Source: Elusimicrobiota bacterium (GTDB lineage: Bacteria > Elusimicrobiota > Elusimicrobia > Elusimicrobiales > UBA9959). From it: a DNA stretch of 64,000 bases. This document shows positions 10,411 through 20,680 of this stretch, piece by piece (within the stretch, counting starts at the first letter, position 1; the number at the start of each line of letters is the position of its first letter). The notes beneath the pieces were generated by a model. It saw only the letters and a list, made by a program, of their open reading frames with translations, was not told the origin of the DNA and did no database searches. The DNA lies in NCBI GenBank assembly GCA_037137395.1, contig JBAXKK010000002.1:1-64000 (forward strand). Direction: 5' to 3'. The position numbers were made by a program, and so were the translations under genes.

Positions 10411-11808
10411 TCAGAATCCGTTGCGACGGGCCGCTTCGCAAAACCAGGCCGCGCTTTTCTTGGGGTACCGCGCCAGTGTCTTCCTGTCTATGAACAGGAA
10501 GCCGTACCGCTTCTTAAAGCCGTTGATCCAGGAGAAGTTATCCATCAGGGCCCACATAAAATAGCCCCTCACCGGGCAGCCGGCCTGAATAGCGCGATGT
10601 ATCGCTTCAAGGTGCAGCCGCACAAAATCTATCCTTTCCTGGTCGTCCACAGTCCCGCCCGCCAATTCTTCCACGCGACCGATGCCGTTTTCAGTTACAT
10701 AAACCGGCAGGTCGGGCCGCAGATCACGAAGCCTTATAAGCAATTCGTACAGTCCGTCCGGATGTATCTCCCAGGCCCAGTCCGTGTATTGGCCGCGCGG
10801 ATTGCGGACAAAGCGGAATAATCCTCCGATAGAAAACCGGCAGTTCTCGTCCTGGCGCCCGGAGGTGTTAAGATGAAAATCGTTGCCGGAGGCCTCAGCT
10901 GAAACATGGTGCGGATAATAGTAGTTGACTCCGACAAAATCAGCGCTGGGGGCAGCCAGCAGAGCGCGGTCGGCCGCCGAGATATCAGGGAGGAAGCCGC
11001 AGCGATTGTATAGAGCCAAGGCCTCCTCAGGGAAGCGCCCAAGCAGCAGCGGTTCAAAGAACCAGCGGTTGAAGATCGCATCCGCGAGAGAAGCTGCCTG
11101 GCGGTCTTCGGCGGTGTCGGTAGCCGGATACACGGGGGACAGGTTCAGGGCTAAACCTATCTTCCCCCGCCGGCCCGCCTTATGGAACGACCTGGCGACA
11201 CGCGCGTGAGCGATAAGGAAATTGGTAGCAACCTGAACAGCGGCCTTCAGGTCCGTCTTGCCCGGCGGATGGAGGGCTGTCACATAGCCGTTCAGCGTGG
11301 TCCAGCCCGGTTCGTTGAGAGTGGACCACAGCTCAACCTGGTCGCCGAAATGTTCAAAACACGCGTCGGCGAAAGTTTCAAAGGCCGCGATGGTTTCCGG
11401 GTTCTCCCAACCTCCCCGGCGGGCCAAAGCGTCCGGGAGGTCCCAGTGATACAGTGTCACGTGCGGCGTGATGCCGTTGCTGCGGAGCAGATCAAATAAC
11501 CTGCGGTAGAAATCCACTCCAGCCTGGTTCAGGGCGCCGCTCCCTTCGGGAAAAAGGCGCGGCCAGGAGATTGAAAGGCGGTAGGCGTTGTGTCCGAGAT
11601 CCCTGATCCAGCGGACATCCTCTTCGTAGCGATGATAATGGTCGCAGGTAACCTCGGGAGTCGCCCGCTCAAATATCTTTTCCGGGTGCTCGCGGCAGAA
11701 CACGTCCCAAACCGACGGCCCGCGTCCATCTGCGGACGCTCCGCCTTCGATCTGCAGCGCGGCAGTGGCCGAGCCCCACAAAAATCCTTCAGGGAATTGG
11801 TGTTTCAT
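10411..11808 (-). CDS. Glycoside hydrolase family 1, probably a 6-phospho-beta-glycosidase
   Basis: FLWGSATAALQIEG, TLNEP and VTENG motifs; C-terminal DNFSWINGFKKRYG. Confidence 0.9.
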   Translation of the reverse strand: MKHQFPEGFLWGSATAALQIEGGASADGRGPSVWDVFCREHPEKIFERATPEVTCDHYHRYEEDVRWIRDLGHNAYRLSISWPRLFPEGSGALNQAGVDFYRRLFDLLRSNGITPHVTLYHWDLPDALARRGGWENPETIAAFETFADACFEHFGDQVELWSTLNEPGWTTLNGYVTALHPPGKTDLKAAVQVATNFLIAHARVARSFHKAGRRGKIGLALNLSPVYPATDTAEDRQAASLADAIFNRWFFEPLLLGRFPEEALALYNRCGFLPDISAADRALLAAPSADFVGVNYYYPHHVSAEASGNDFHLNTSGRQDENCRFSIGGLFRFVRNPRGQYTDWAWEIHPDGLYELLIRLRDLRPDLPVYVTENGIGRVEELAGGTVDDQERIDFVRLHLEAIHRAIQAGCPVRGYFMWALMDNFSWINGFKKRYGFLFIDRKTLARYPKKSAAWFCEAARRNGF

Positions 11809-11911
11809 GATAATTACAGGGAAAACTCAGTTCCAAAACAAGTTTCTCAGGCTGATATATAATTTAAAATAGCATATTTGTAACTGCCGTATCCTCATTT
11901 TTTTGAAGAGA

Positions 11912-12841
11912 TTAACGGGGTTTTTCTCTTTTCCCCTCTAAGATCTTCATAGTTATGGACCGGGCCGATTTCCGCGACGGCATCAATTCTTCGGACCCGT
12001 TCAGATTATAATAATCCTGACGCAGACCCAGGCATATTTGTTTAAGTTTACATTTCGCGCAGCAGGCCGCGCGCAGGTAGGTTTTATCCGCGGCAACCGA
12101 TTTCGCGCCGTCGACAACAATATATCTCGCGGCGACCGAAGCGTACTCGAATCCCCTCATGCGGCATAGCGGAACATTATCTATTATGCAGGTTACGCGC
12201 CGCTTCATAAAAATAGCGGTGGCAGCTTTCAAATACGGCTCAATATCGCTTAGTTTAGGAACCAGTGAAACAGCAATCGAAGCCCAGCCGCTTACACAAA
12301 CCATATTAAGCGTAACATGCTCAATGCCGGGGAAGTTGTCGGCCACATACTCGGCGTAGGCCGGCAGGATCTTATAATTCACGGAACTTACCACAAAACA
12401 GAGGGAAACGGCTGTCCGGTCCCGCCTTGTAAGAAGATGTTTTATGGCGGACACCCTTTTTTCAAACGCTCCCGGGGTCTGGGTGATGGAATCAGAAAGC
12501 TTGCGTGTATGGGCTGGGAAATTAATATTAAAAATGGTTACGCCCGCGTCGATAAGCCGGTCCGCGTATTTTTTATCCGAGAGACGGATGGCGTTCGTAA
12601 ACACCGCTATGCTTTGTATGCCGGCAGATGCAGCCTGCCGCACTACTTTTTCAAGCCGCGCGGACACGGTGGGTTCCCAACCGCCTATTATCACCTGCCT
12701 GTCCGAGCGCGCGATTATCGCGGCTATTTGCGCGTCGGTATGCGCCGGCATCGCACGATACGCGGAACAGAAAAGACACCGCTGATTGCATGTGTCGCTC
12801 AGGGTTATAGGTTCAATTTTCGGTATTCGTCGGGGCTTCAT
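11912..12841 (-). CDS. Radical SAM protein with C-terminal Cys cluster (HxsC-like)
   Basis: CNQRCLFC, GGWEPT, NVPLC and CAKCKLKQICLG motifs. Confidence 0.75.
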   Translation of the reverse strand: MKPRRIPKIEPITLSDTCNQRCLFCSAYRAMPAHTDAQIAAIIARSDRQVIIGGWEPTVSARLEKVVRQAASAGIQSIAVFTNAIRLSDKKYADRLIDAGVTIFNINFPAHTRKLSDSITQTPGAFEKRVSAIKHLLTRRDRTAVSLCFVVSSVNYKILPAYAEYVADNFPGIEHVTLNMVCVSGWASIAVSLVPKLSDIEPYLKAATAIFMKRRVTCIIDNVPLCRMRGFEYASVAARYIVVDGAKSVAADKTYLRAACCAKCKLKQICLGLRQDYYNLNGSEELMPSRKSARSITMKILEGKREKPR

Positions 12842-12966
12842 ATGGTGACGCCAATAACACTCTTTCTGCTATATTTTACCAAACAAAATGAAATCACTGT
12901 CTGGATTAAAACGGGATTACATTTATGCTAGTATAAAAAGGTAGATTTATTCTAATCCAGGAGACA

Positions 12967-13389
12967 ATGATGAAAACAATTATTACGCTAGCATTAGTAT
13001 CGTTCTTTGGCGCCGCAGCGAGCGCCCAGGACAATCCAGCACCTGTTCAGCCTTCGCAACCGGCCGTGACAGCCCCCGCGCAGCCGGCTCCGGCCGTGAG
13101 CCCGGCCCAAACTGAGCCGGCAATGACCATGGATACGCTCAGGAAAAAGCATATCGACGCTGTCGCTGAACTTAGAAAAAAACATATCGACGAAACAAAG
13201 GCGCTCAGGGAAAGCCTTAAAGGCAAGCCCCAGGCGGAAAGACGCAAGGCTATTGAGGCCAAAAAAGCGGAAAATAAAGCCGCAGTCAAAGAACTTGAAA
13301 AAAGCAACAAAGCCGAAATTGCTCAGTTCAGGAAAGATCATCCCAAGATGATGAATAAAGCAGGAAAAACAAAGGCCGACCCCAAATAA
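12967..13389 (+). CDS. Secreted Pro/Ala-linker, Lys-rich helical hypothetical protein
   Basis: Signal peptide, PAQP-rich linker, LRKKHID repeated twice; GGAG RBS and downstream terminator. Confidence 0.75.
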   Translation: MMKTIITLALVSFFGAAASAQDNPAPVQPSQPAVTAPAQPAPAVSPAQTEPAMTMDTLRKKHIDAVAELRKKHIDETKALRESLKGKPQAERRKAIEAKKAENKAAVKELEKSNKAEIAQFRKDHPKMMNKAGKTKADPK

Positions 13390-13401
13390 TATAACTCAGC
13401 T

Positions 13402-13449
13402 AAAAAGCGAACCCCGGAGACAGTCATTGTCCCCGGGGTTCGCTTTTTT
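13402..13449. terminator. Bidirectional intrinsic terminator
   Basis: AAAAAGCGAACCCCGG...CCGGGGTTCGCTTTTTT between convergent genes. Confidence 0.85.
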
Positions 13450-13460
13450 ATGGGCGTCGG

Positions 13461-14909
13461 TTAATATCTGTAATGTTCCGGCTTATACGGGCCGTCCTGG
13501 TTCACGCCGATATACGCGGCTTGATCCTTGGTAAGTTTGGTAAGCTTTACGCCGATCTTCTCCAGGTGAAGCCGCGCGACTTCCTCATCCAGATGCTTCG
13601 GCAGCCTGTATACGCCTATCTCCATCTTCTTGGTCCAGAGTTCCAACTGCGCCAGCGTCTGGTTAGAGAAAGAGTTGCTCATGACGAACGACGGATGGCC
13701 CTTGGCGCAACCAAGGTTAACCAGCCTGCCTTCAGCCAGCAGATACATGGATTTGCCTCCGGGCATATTAAACCGGTCTACCTGAGGCTTTATATTCAGG
13801 ACCGTCACGCCCTTGGTCTTCCGGAGCTCGTTGACCTGTATTTCATTGTCAAAATGCCCGATATTGCAGACTATGGCCTGGTCCTTCATCTTGAGCATGT
13901 GCTCCACGCGGATGATATCCTTGTTTCCGGTAGTGGTGACATAAACATCGCCTTCTCCCAGCGTATCCTCCACCGTGGCGACCTCAAAACCTTCCATCGC
14001 GGCCTGAAGGGCGCAAATGGGATCTATCTCCGTGACAATCACGCGCGCGCCGAACCCTCTGAGCGAGCGAGCAGAGCCCTTGCCGACATCGCCGTAACCG
14101 CAGACTACGCAGACCTTGCCGGCGATCATAACGTCTGTCGCCCGCTTGATCCCGTCAGCCAGAGATTCCCTGCATCCGTAGAGATTGTCGAATTTGGATT
14201 TGGTGACCGAGTCGTTCACATTAATGGCGGGAACCATTAGCTCCCCCGCCTCGTGCATCTGATAAAGGCGATGAACGCCTGTCGTGGTTTCTTCGGAAAC
14301 GCCTCTCCATTCCTTCACCGCCGCGTGCCAGCGCTTCGGATTCCTTTTGAGCTCCGCGCGCAGGCAATTATTGAGTTCCTGCTCGTCCTCTCCCCCCGCC
14401 TTAATGTCCAGGATCTTTGAATTATTTTCCGCGGCCACGCCCCGGTGGAGCATCATCGTGGCGTCGCCGCCGTCGTCCACTATAAGGTTGGGGCCTCTGC
14501 CGTTGCCGAAATCAAGAGCCCGGTCGGTGCACCACCAGTACTCGGCCAGCGTCTCGCCCTTCCAGGCGAAAACAGGCACGCCGGTTTTGGCGATGGCGGC
14601 CGCGGCCTGGTCCTGGGTGGAGAAAATATTGCAGGAACACCAGCGTACTTCGGCGCCGAGAGCCGCGAGCGTCTCTATCAGCACTGCGGTCTGGGTGGTC
14701 ATGTGAAGTGAGCCCATAACCCTGGCGCCTTTCAGCGGTTTTTTGGCCGCGAACTTCGCGCGGATGGCCATAAGGCCAGGCATTTCTTTTTCCGCGATAT
14801 CAATTTCCTTGCGACCCCATTCGGCCAATGACATATCTTTAACTTTAAAATCGTTTTTCATAGTTGAGCGTGTCTCCTGCGTTTTATTTTCCTTTATCTT
14901 ACCGGGCAT
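13461..14909 (-). CDS. ahcY: Adenosylhomocysteinase
   Basis: [33 protein letters not shown] and [11 protein letters not shown] motifs; alternative start at 14861. Confidence 0.97.
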   Translation of the reverse strand: MPGKIKENKTQETRSTMKNDFKVKDMSLAEWGRKEIDIAEKEMPGLMAIRAKFAAKKPLKGARVMGSLHMTTQTAVLIETLAALGAEVRWCSCNIFSTQDQAAAAIAKTGVPVFAWKGETLAEYWWCTDRALDFGNGRGPNLIVDDGGDATMMLHRGVAAENNSKILDIKAGGEDEQELNNCLRAELKRNPKRWHAAVKEWRGVSEETTTGVHRLYQMHEAGELMVPAINVNDSVTKSKFDNLYGCRESLADGIKRATDVMIAGKVCVVCGYGDVGKGSARSLRGFGARVIVTEIDPICALQAAMEGFEVATVEDTLGEGDVYVTTTGNKDIIRVEHMLKMKDQAIVCNIGHFDNEIQVNELRKTKGVTVLNIKPQVDRFNMPGGKSMYLLAEGRLVNLGCAKGHPSFVMSNSFSNQTLAQLELWTKKMEIGVYRLPKHLDEEVARLHLEKIGVKLTKLTKDQAAYIGVNQDGPYKPEHYRY

Positions 14910-15095
14910 GATATTCCCTCCATACGCTGTCCCAGCCTTCCCCAGACTGCAGGATAATTATAACTTTTTATCCGCTTTTCGGTAAAATGCGATGAGCGCC
15001 CAGCCGCTTATTCTGCTGCGCCGGAAAACACAGTAAGCCGGCACCGGATGGTCGGTGGATTAATCGGAAAACTCCGGTCGGGGCCTTGGCCGGCG

Positions 15096-16061
15096 TTAAA
15101 CTTCCATCTTGAGCCCGTCATAAGCTAAATCTATGGCAAGTGGGCAGGACTCGTTGTAGATCTTGAGATAATTTCGGGTGTCCTCCAGAAACTTAGAAAG
15201 GGTTTCATCGTCAAACGTATGTTCGCTGTGGTAAAGGCACAGGCGCTTCACGCTGGACCGCACGGCCAGTTCGACGGCCATGAGATTGCTGGAATGTCCC
15301 CAGTTCTCTTTGATATCTACGGCATCCGCCAGAGAATACTGCGCGTCGAAGATCAGCAGGTCCGCGTCCTTAAAAAAAGCGATGAAAGGGTAGCTCTCCT
15401 TCTCGGCGTCCTTCTTATGTTCTGCATCGGTAGAGTAAACTACTTTCCTGCCGTCCCTGACAAAACTGTAACCGAAGGAGTCGCCCGGGTGGTTCTGTCT
15501 GATAGCCTTAACAGCCATCCCAGCTATGTCATAGACCTTATCCGGTTCCAGAATGTGAAAGGAAATATCAGCGCCCATTGCCTTCATGGGAACCGGGAAA
15601 TTCAGTGAATTTTGCTGTCCGGTGAAGGCCTCCTCAAGTCTGGCGTGGCAGCCGAAGATCCGGACCTGATGACCGGGTATATATGCGGGAACAAAGAACG
15701 GAAATCCCTGGATATGATCCCAATGAGGATGGGATATAAAGATGTTGAAGATCTTGGACAGCCCCTTGCAACCGGCTTTTATATCTCTCAGATACTGCTG
15801 GCCAAAGTCACGCAGCCCGGTGCCGGCGTCGCAAAGGACATAGGACTCCTGCCCCCCTATCTCAACGCAGGACGTATTGCCGCCGTAAGTCTGCCGGACC
15901 GTAAAGGGCAGTTCATTCCGGATAAAGCCTGCTATGGCTTCATCATTGTCCAGCGCGCGGTTGCGGGACATTTTAACGGCTTTGAATAACTTTGCTTCTA
16001 TCGTCTGTTTTGTGATAGAAGCCGGGAGAGACCCGCGCGTCCCCCAGAAATATACCTGCAT
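15096..16061 (-). CDS. MBL-fold metallo-hydrolase (PhnP/RNase Z-like)
   Basis: FWGTRGS, GGNTSC, SHPHWDHIQG, DAQY and WGHSS motifs. Confidence 0.85.
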   Translation of the reverse strand: MQVYFWGTRGSLPASITKQTIEAKLFKAVKMSRNRALDNDEAIAGFIRNELPFTVRQTYGGNTSCVEIGGQESYVLCDAGTGLRDFGQQYLRDIKAGCKGLSKIFNIFISHPHWDHIQGFPFFVPAYIPGHQVRIFGCHARLEEAFTGQQNSLNFPVPMKAMGADISFHILEPDKVYDIAGMAVKAIRQNHPGDSFGYSFVRDGRKVVYSTDAEHKKDAEKESYPFIAFFKDADLLIFDAQYSLADAVDIKENWGHSSNLMAVELAVRSSVKRLCLYHSEHTFDDETLSKFLEDTRNYLKIYNESCPLAIDLAYDGLKMEV

Positions 16062-16124
16062 GGAGCCTCCTGTCAATTATTGTTTCAGCGATAGAGCGAA
16101 TAATTCTTATTGTTCCTGTTGTCC

Positions 16125-16877
16125 TTATTCTATCCTGCCAAGAAGCCGCAGCAGGCCATCCAGGATGGTCAGCGGATGCGGCGGACAACCGGGGATATAC
16201 AAACTTACCGGGATATCTTCTGGGATACCGGCGGTTTCCGGATGGCCGGCGTAGATACCGCCGGAGATGGCGCAAGCCCCGGCCGCGACAACTATCTTAG
16301 GGCCCGGCACAGCCTCGTAAGTCTTGCGAAGCGCCAGCTTCATATTCTGCGTCACGGTACCCGTTATCAGAATGCCGTCCGCGTGCCTTGGAGACGCCAC
16401 AAACTGTACGCCGAACCTGCCCAAATCAAAAACCAGGGTCTGAAGCACATTGCAATCAGCTTCGCAGGCTCCGCAGCCGCCGGCGCTCACAACCCTGAGC
16501 CTCAGAGAACGCCCGAATATCTTCTTCATCTTCGCGTCCAGAGTTTCAGCGCGCTTAGCGACTTCACCGGTCAGAAACAGGTCTCCTCTCTTACTCGCGG
16601 CAAGTTTATAATCCGAGCCGAATTTAAACACACCGGGGCAGAGCGCCGCGCATTTTCCGCAAAAAATACACCGCCCCATATCCAATACGGGTTTACCGTC
16701 CGTGACATTTATAGCGCCGGTCGGACAGATATCAACACATTTCACGCAACTTGATTTACAGGCGCCGGGATGGATCTCCGGCAATCCCAGAAAGCGCGGC
16801 GACAGCTTAATGTCGGCCGATGGGAAATCTATCGTCCTATGGCCCTGTTTCAACCTTGAGATTATTTCTTTAAGCAT
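16125..16877 (-). CDS. Hydrogenase-4/Ehr small subunit fused to a 2x[4Fe-4S] ferredoxin domain
   Basis: CVKCVDICP and CIFCGKCAALCP; GGCGACE, SPRHADG, GACAISGG and IPGCPP motifs. Confidence 0.88.
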   Translation of the reverse strand: MLKEIISRLKQGHRTIDFPSADIKLSPRFLGLPEIHPGACKSSCVKCVDICPTGAINVTDGKPVLDMGRCIFCGKCAALCPGVFKFGSDYKLAASKRGDLFLTGEVAKRAETLDAKMKKIFGRSLRLRVVSAGGCGACEADCNVLQTLVFDLGRFGVQFVASPRHADGILITGTVTQNMKLALRKTYEAVPGPKIVVAAGACAISGGIYAGHPETAGIPEDIPVSLYIPGCPPHPLTILDGLLRLLGRIE

Positions 16878-16896
16878 AAATTTCAATACAGCAATT

Positions 16897-17040
16897 GCCA
16901 TAAGCGGCTGTTCCAGCCGCGCTATAAGCCATATGCTTTAGGCCGTATGCAGAAACTATAGAGCCAACAGCGGCGTTAATTCTACCTATAGCCTATTTCT
17001 GTTTATATGGCCTATGGCTTATAGCCTATCGCCTATGGCA
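16897..17040. repeat. Heptamer-based (GCCATAN) palindromic intergenic element, family A
   Basis: Left arm GCTATAAGCCATATGCTTTAGGCCGTATGCAGAAA, right arm TTTCTGTTTATATGGCCTATGGCTTATAGC; related copies at 52309 and 55293. Confidence 0.8.
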
Positions 17041-17055
17041 TTACTGCGCCGCTAC

Positions 17056-18540
17056 TTATAGATCATGCCCGCAATATGACAGATTAAAACTTTTATTGCA
17101 GAGCGGGAAATCCGAAATCTGGCCGTCGCGCAGCGCCATGGCAAGGCCCTGCCAATTATTAAACGACGGATCTTTTATCTTGTAATGCCTGAACTTTCCG
17201 GCATTGTCGGTCACGGCCGTATGACATATCTCTCCGCGCCAGCCCTCCTCCAAAGACACAACAAAACTTTCCGCCTTCATGGGACCGGGAGCCGCGAAAA
17301 CAGGGCCGGCAGGTAGAGAAGATAACAGCCCGCTTATCAGTTCGTAAGAGCGTTTTATCTCAAGCCAGCGCGTATAAGCCCTGGCGTAGACATCGCCGCT
17401 TTCCGGAGAGTCTTCGAACAATACCGCTTTGGAATTATATATCCCTACGGGAAAATTATGCCGGACATCGCGACGCACACCCGAAGCCCTGGCCGCCGGG
17501 CCAACCAGACCCAAGGTCAGGGCCGTCTCTTTGGAGACTACACCTGTACCCGCAAAGCGCTCCATAACCGAAGATGTGTTCCATAACAGATCCGCGGCGT
17601 CCTTGATATCCCTGAAAGCGGCGTCAAGCCTGAGTTTTAGTTCTTTCACAAGCGCGGGTGTCAGATCAAAAGCGGTTCCTCCGGGTATGACCATATTGCG
17701 CCCGAAACGGTTACCGCAGATAAGCGCCGACATATTAAGGATATCTCCGCGCAGCCTGCCGCAGAAAGAGGCGGTGGGCAGATAGGCCACGTCTCCGGCC
17801 AGAGCGCCCAGATCTCCCGTGTGGTTGGCGATGCGCTCAAGTTCAAGCATGATGGCGCGCAAGACTTCGGCCCGCGGCGGAATCCGCGCACCACAAAGGG
17901 ATTCAATGGCCCGGCAATAGGCTGAAGCGTGGCCTATAGTCGTATCCCCGGCCAGAGTCTCCATATAATGTGAAGTAAGTTTGCCCGGACCCCCGATGAG
18001 GCTGGATTCTATACCGCGGTGCTGGTAACCAAGCGCGATTTCAAGATGGAAGACCAGTTCGCCGTGGCACTGAAACCTGAAATGGCCTGGCTCTATTACT
18101 CCGGCGTGCACTGGTCCTACTGCCACTTCATGCGTTTCCCGGCCGCGAACCTTAAAAAATTCAGTTATCCCGGGGGGCACTGGCAAACCTGACTTCATCG
18201 GATAGCGCACCGGCTTAAGCCACGGGTGGCCTTCTGCCTTAAGGCCGAACTGCTCGGTTATCTCGCGCTCGAACAGATGCAGCTGCGGAAAATCGGGGGT
18301 CAATGAGCGGAATGAATCACTAACGACCGCGGACAAGGCCTCAAGCCTGCGCTCAGAGTCAAAGGCGAGTATCAGGATGAGCCGGGTTCCGTCCTTTTCC
18401 GGCAAACCGAAATATGAGACGGCACGCCCTCCGGCCTTAAACCGTTCGGCCGCGGATGTATAGAATTCGTCAGGAGGCAACTTCGTCAGGGCTTTAAAAC
18501 CGGCGGTCTCGAGATGACTCAAGGAGAGCGGCGCGGTCAT
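17056..18540 (-). CDS. Hydrogenase-4-like large subunit (NuoC/D-like) without NiFe ligands; Ehr large subunit
   Basis: GPVHAGVIEPGHFRF, GYQHRG, ELERIANH, EGWRGE and KDPSF motifs; ends DFPLCNKSFNLSYCGHDL with no CxxC pairs. Confidence 0.88.
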   Translation of the reverse strand: MTAPLSLSHLETAGFKALTKLPPDEFYTSAAERFKAGGRAVSYFGLPEKDGTRLILILAFDSERRLEALSAVVSDSFRSLTPDFPQLHLFEREITEQFGLKAEGHPWLKPVRYPMKSGLPVPPGITEFFKVRGRETHEVAVGPVHAGVIEPGHFRFQCHGELVFHLEIALGYQHRGIESSLIGGPGKLTSHYMETLAGDTTIGHASAYCRAIESLCGARIPPRAEVLRAIMLELERIANHTGDLGALAGDVAYLPTASFCGRLRGDILNMSALICGNRFGRNMVIPGGTAFDLTPALVKELKLRLDAAFRDIKDAADLLWNTSSVMERFAGTGVVSKETALTLGLVGPAARASGVRRDVRHNFPVGIYNSKAVLFEDSPESGDVYARAYTRWLEIKRSYELISGLLSSLPAGPVFAAPGPMKAESFVVSLEEGWRGEICHTAVTDNAGKFRHYKIKDPSFNNWQGLAMALRDGQISDFPLCNKSFNLSYCGHDL

Positions 18541-20012
18541 ACTGCCCCCCCGATAATAAGATCTCTGGCCCCGGTTATTATCTCGTTCAGCCAAGCGGGC
18601 ATATAAAGGCCAAGGAATACCACGCAAGCGAAGAAACAGGCGGCTGGGACAAGCATCTGCCGGGACGCTTTAAAAGGTTTCTCCGCTTCGTTGAGAGCGG
18701 CGGCGTCCCCCAGCGTCATATCCAGAAAGATACGGCCCATGCCGGCGAATACCACCGCCAGAAAAAACAGATAGGCGGCCGCGGCCGCGTAATGTCCGCC
18801 TGAAACCGCGGCCTTAAGGATCATAAACTTTCCCAGAAATATCCCCGACGGGGGCGTGCCTGTTATAAGAAAAAAACCAATCATCCACAGAACAGCAGTC
18901 CACGGGACCCGCCTGATAAGACCCTTAACCTCGGAGATCTGTTTGGTTTTATAGGCGGCCAAAATCAGCCCCGAGACGAAGAACAAACCGGCCTTGGTCA
19001 GGGAATGAGAAATTGCGTTAAGAAGCGCACCATACACGGCTCCGCCGCCCAAACCCACTCCCAGAGAAAGTATTCCCATGTGCTCGATACTGGAATAGGC
19101 CAGCATGCGTTTATAATCCTTCTGCGCCAATATGAAGAAGGCTGCCGTCATCAGCGACAGGATCCCGAACACTATCAGTATGTCCCCGGTGAAACCGGCC
19201 AGACCGGCGGCGGAGCAGACTTGCGCCACCCGCAAAACACCCAGGAAGGCGCAATTAAGCAGCGCCCCCGATAAAAGCGCCGAAACAACGGCAGGAGATT
19301 CGCTGTGGGCGTCCGGCAGCCACGTGTGGAAAGGCGCCAGGCCCATCTTGGTCCCGTAGCCGACGAACAGAAACAGAAAAGCCGCTTTCAACCAGGCCTG
19401 ATCCAGGGACATAGCGTTGGAAAGCAGACTCCCAAGATCCAGAGCTAAACCGGATCGTAATCCCGCCGCACCCAGAAAGAGATTCCCCATCAACGCCATG
19501 GCGATACCTACCGAGCATATCAAAAGATATTTCCAAGTGGCCTCCAGAGAGCGTTTATCCCGGTGGAAATATATCAGCGGCGCGCTTGCAAGCGTGGTAG
19601 CCTCTACAGCGGCCCAGAGTATGCCGAGGTGGCGACTGGCGGTCACCGCGGTCATGGCGGCTAGGAAAAGGAGAAGGCAACCGGTGAAGACGGTCTCAGG
19701 CTCGTTATTGAAAATAAAACCTTCGTCCGAGTCTTCGCCGGGATCGCGTTTCTCCAGTGCCATATATTTTACAGCGTAAACAGAAGCGCCCACAAACAGA
19801 ACAGAGGTCACGCCCAGAAACAGCAGGCCAAGCGGGTCAAGCCCAAACCAGTCGCCTGGCACCATCTCCGGCCGCACAACCAGAGCCGCGATGGTAAGCG
19901 CGAGATGTATGCCGGCCACGGCCAAAAGCAGGACGCGCCGGCGGCCGTCGTCAGAGATAAGAAAAGCGGCCAGTCCCGACAGCAGCGGGATAAGCATAAG
20001 TAGCGTGATCAT
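18537..20012 (-). CDS. hyfF: HyfF-like proton-conducting membrane subunit
   Basis: EATTLAS, EATWKY, GTKMGLAPFHTWLPDAHSE and KRMLAYSSIEHMG motifs. Confidence 0.88.
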   Translation of the reverse strand: MITLLMLIPLLSGLAAFLISDDGRRRVLLLAVAGIHLALTIAALVVRPEMVPGDWFGLDPLGLLFLGVTSVLFVGASVYAVKYMALEKRDPGEDSDEGFIFNNEPETVFTGCLLLFLAAMTAVTASRHLGILWAAVEATTLASAPLIYFHRDKRSLEATWKYLLICSVGIAMALMGNLFLGAAGLRSGLALDLGSLLSNAMSLDQAWLKAAFLFLFVGYGTKMGLAPFHTWLPDAHSESPAVVSALLSGALLNCAFLGVLRVAQVCSAAGLAGFTGDILIVFGILSLMTAAFFILAQKDYKRMLAYSSIEHMGILSLGVGLGGGAVYGALLNAISHSLTKAGLFFVSGLILAAYKTKQISEVKGLIRRVPWTAVLWMIGFFLITGTPPSGIFLGKFMILKAAVSGGHYAAAAAYLFFLAVVFAGMGRIFLDMTLGDAAALNEAEKPFKASRQMLVPAACFFACVVFLGLYMPAWLNEIITGARDLIIGGAV

Positions 20013-20680
20013 TTCTCCCCCCCGGCCTGCTTGGGATACCAGTCACCCAACTGTGAGAGCTCCGCCGTATCAATATGGTCGAACTCGCGGCTTATGTGGA
20101 AGATGGTTATCCCCATAACGAACACCGCCACAAAAACATCCAATAGGATGGCCATCTCAACCATAAGAGGCTGCTCCACAAAAAGCGCAAGGCCGAAAAT
20201 ATAAATACCATTCTCTATCACAAGGTAGCCCAATACCTGAGTTATAGCTTTGGCGCGGGTGGTAAGAAGCAGGAAACCCGTAAAGATAGTGGAGAGCGAG
20301 GCGGGCACGATCCATGACACGCGGGCCGTCTCAGGCAGGGGAAGCTTTGTGCCCAGCCACGATGCAGCGGCGAAGGCTGCAAGGCAGAGGATTATGGAGG
20401 CCGGGTAACCTATGACCGGCTCCGCATCCCGGCTTACCTTGGCCTTTACGCGGGCGCGCGTCAGCAGCCACGGGAATATGGCTCCCTTAAGCAGTATGAC
20501 CGCGCAGCAAAACACGATAGTCCCCGATGGTACGCCGTGCCCGGCCAAAAGAGGAAGGAGCGCTGCTATCACTCCCTGCGCGGCGGCAAGACGGATGCAC
20601 GCGGCAAGCGAGCCTGAGGCTGCCATAGAAAGGTTCAATAGTATTACGGCGACTATTATCAGTTCGGCCAGCGTTGTCAT
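20009..20680 (-). CDS. hyfE: HyfE-like membrane subunit
   Basis: Hydrophobic; QVLGYLVIENGI and EMAILLDV motifs; operon position. Confidence 0.82.
   Translation of the reverse strand: MTTLAELIIVAVILLNLSMAASGSLAACIRLAAAQGVIAALLPLLAGHGVPSGTIVFCCAVILLKGAIFPWLLTRARVKAKVSRDAEPVIGYPASIILCLAAFAAASWLGTKLPLPETARVSWIVPASLSTIFTGFLLLTTRAKAITQVLGYLVIENGIYIFGLALFVEQPLMVEMAILLDVFVAVFVMGITIFHISREFDHIDTAELSQLGDWYPKQAGGEK

Noticed and set aside
14910..15095. SAH riboswitch upstream of ahcY
   Set aside because: The GAGCGCUGC/CAGGCUC core was not found in the right arrangement.
17056..18540. Functional [NiFe] hydrogenase or formate hydrogenlyase
   Set aside because: Both Ni-binding CxxC motifs are absent.
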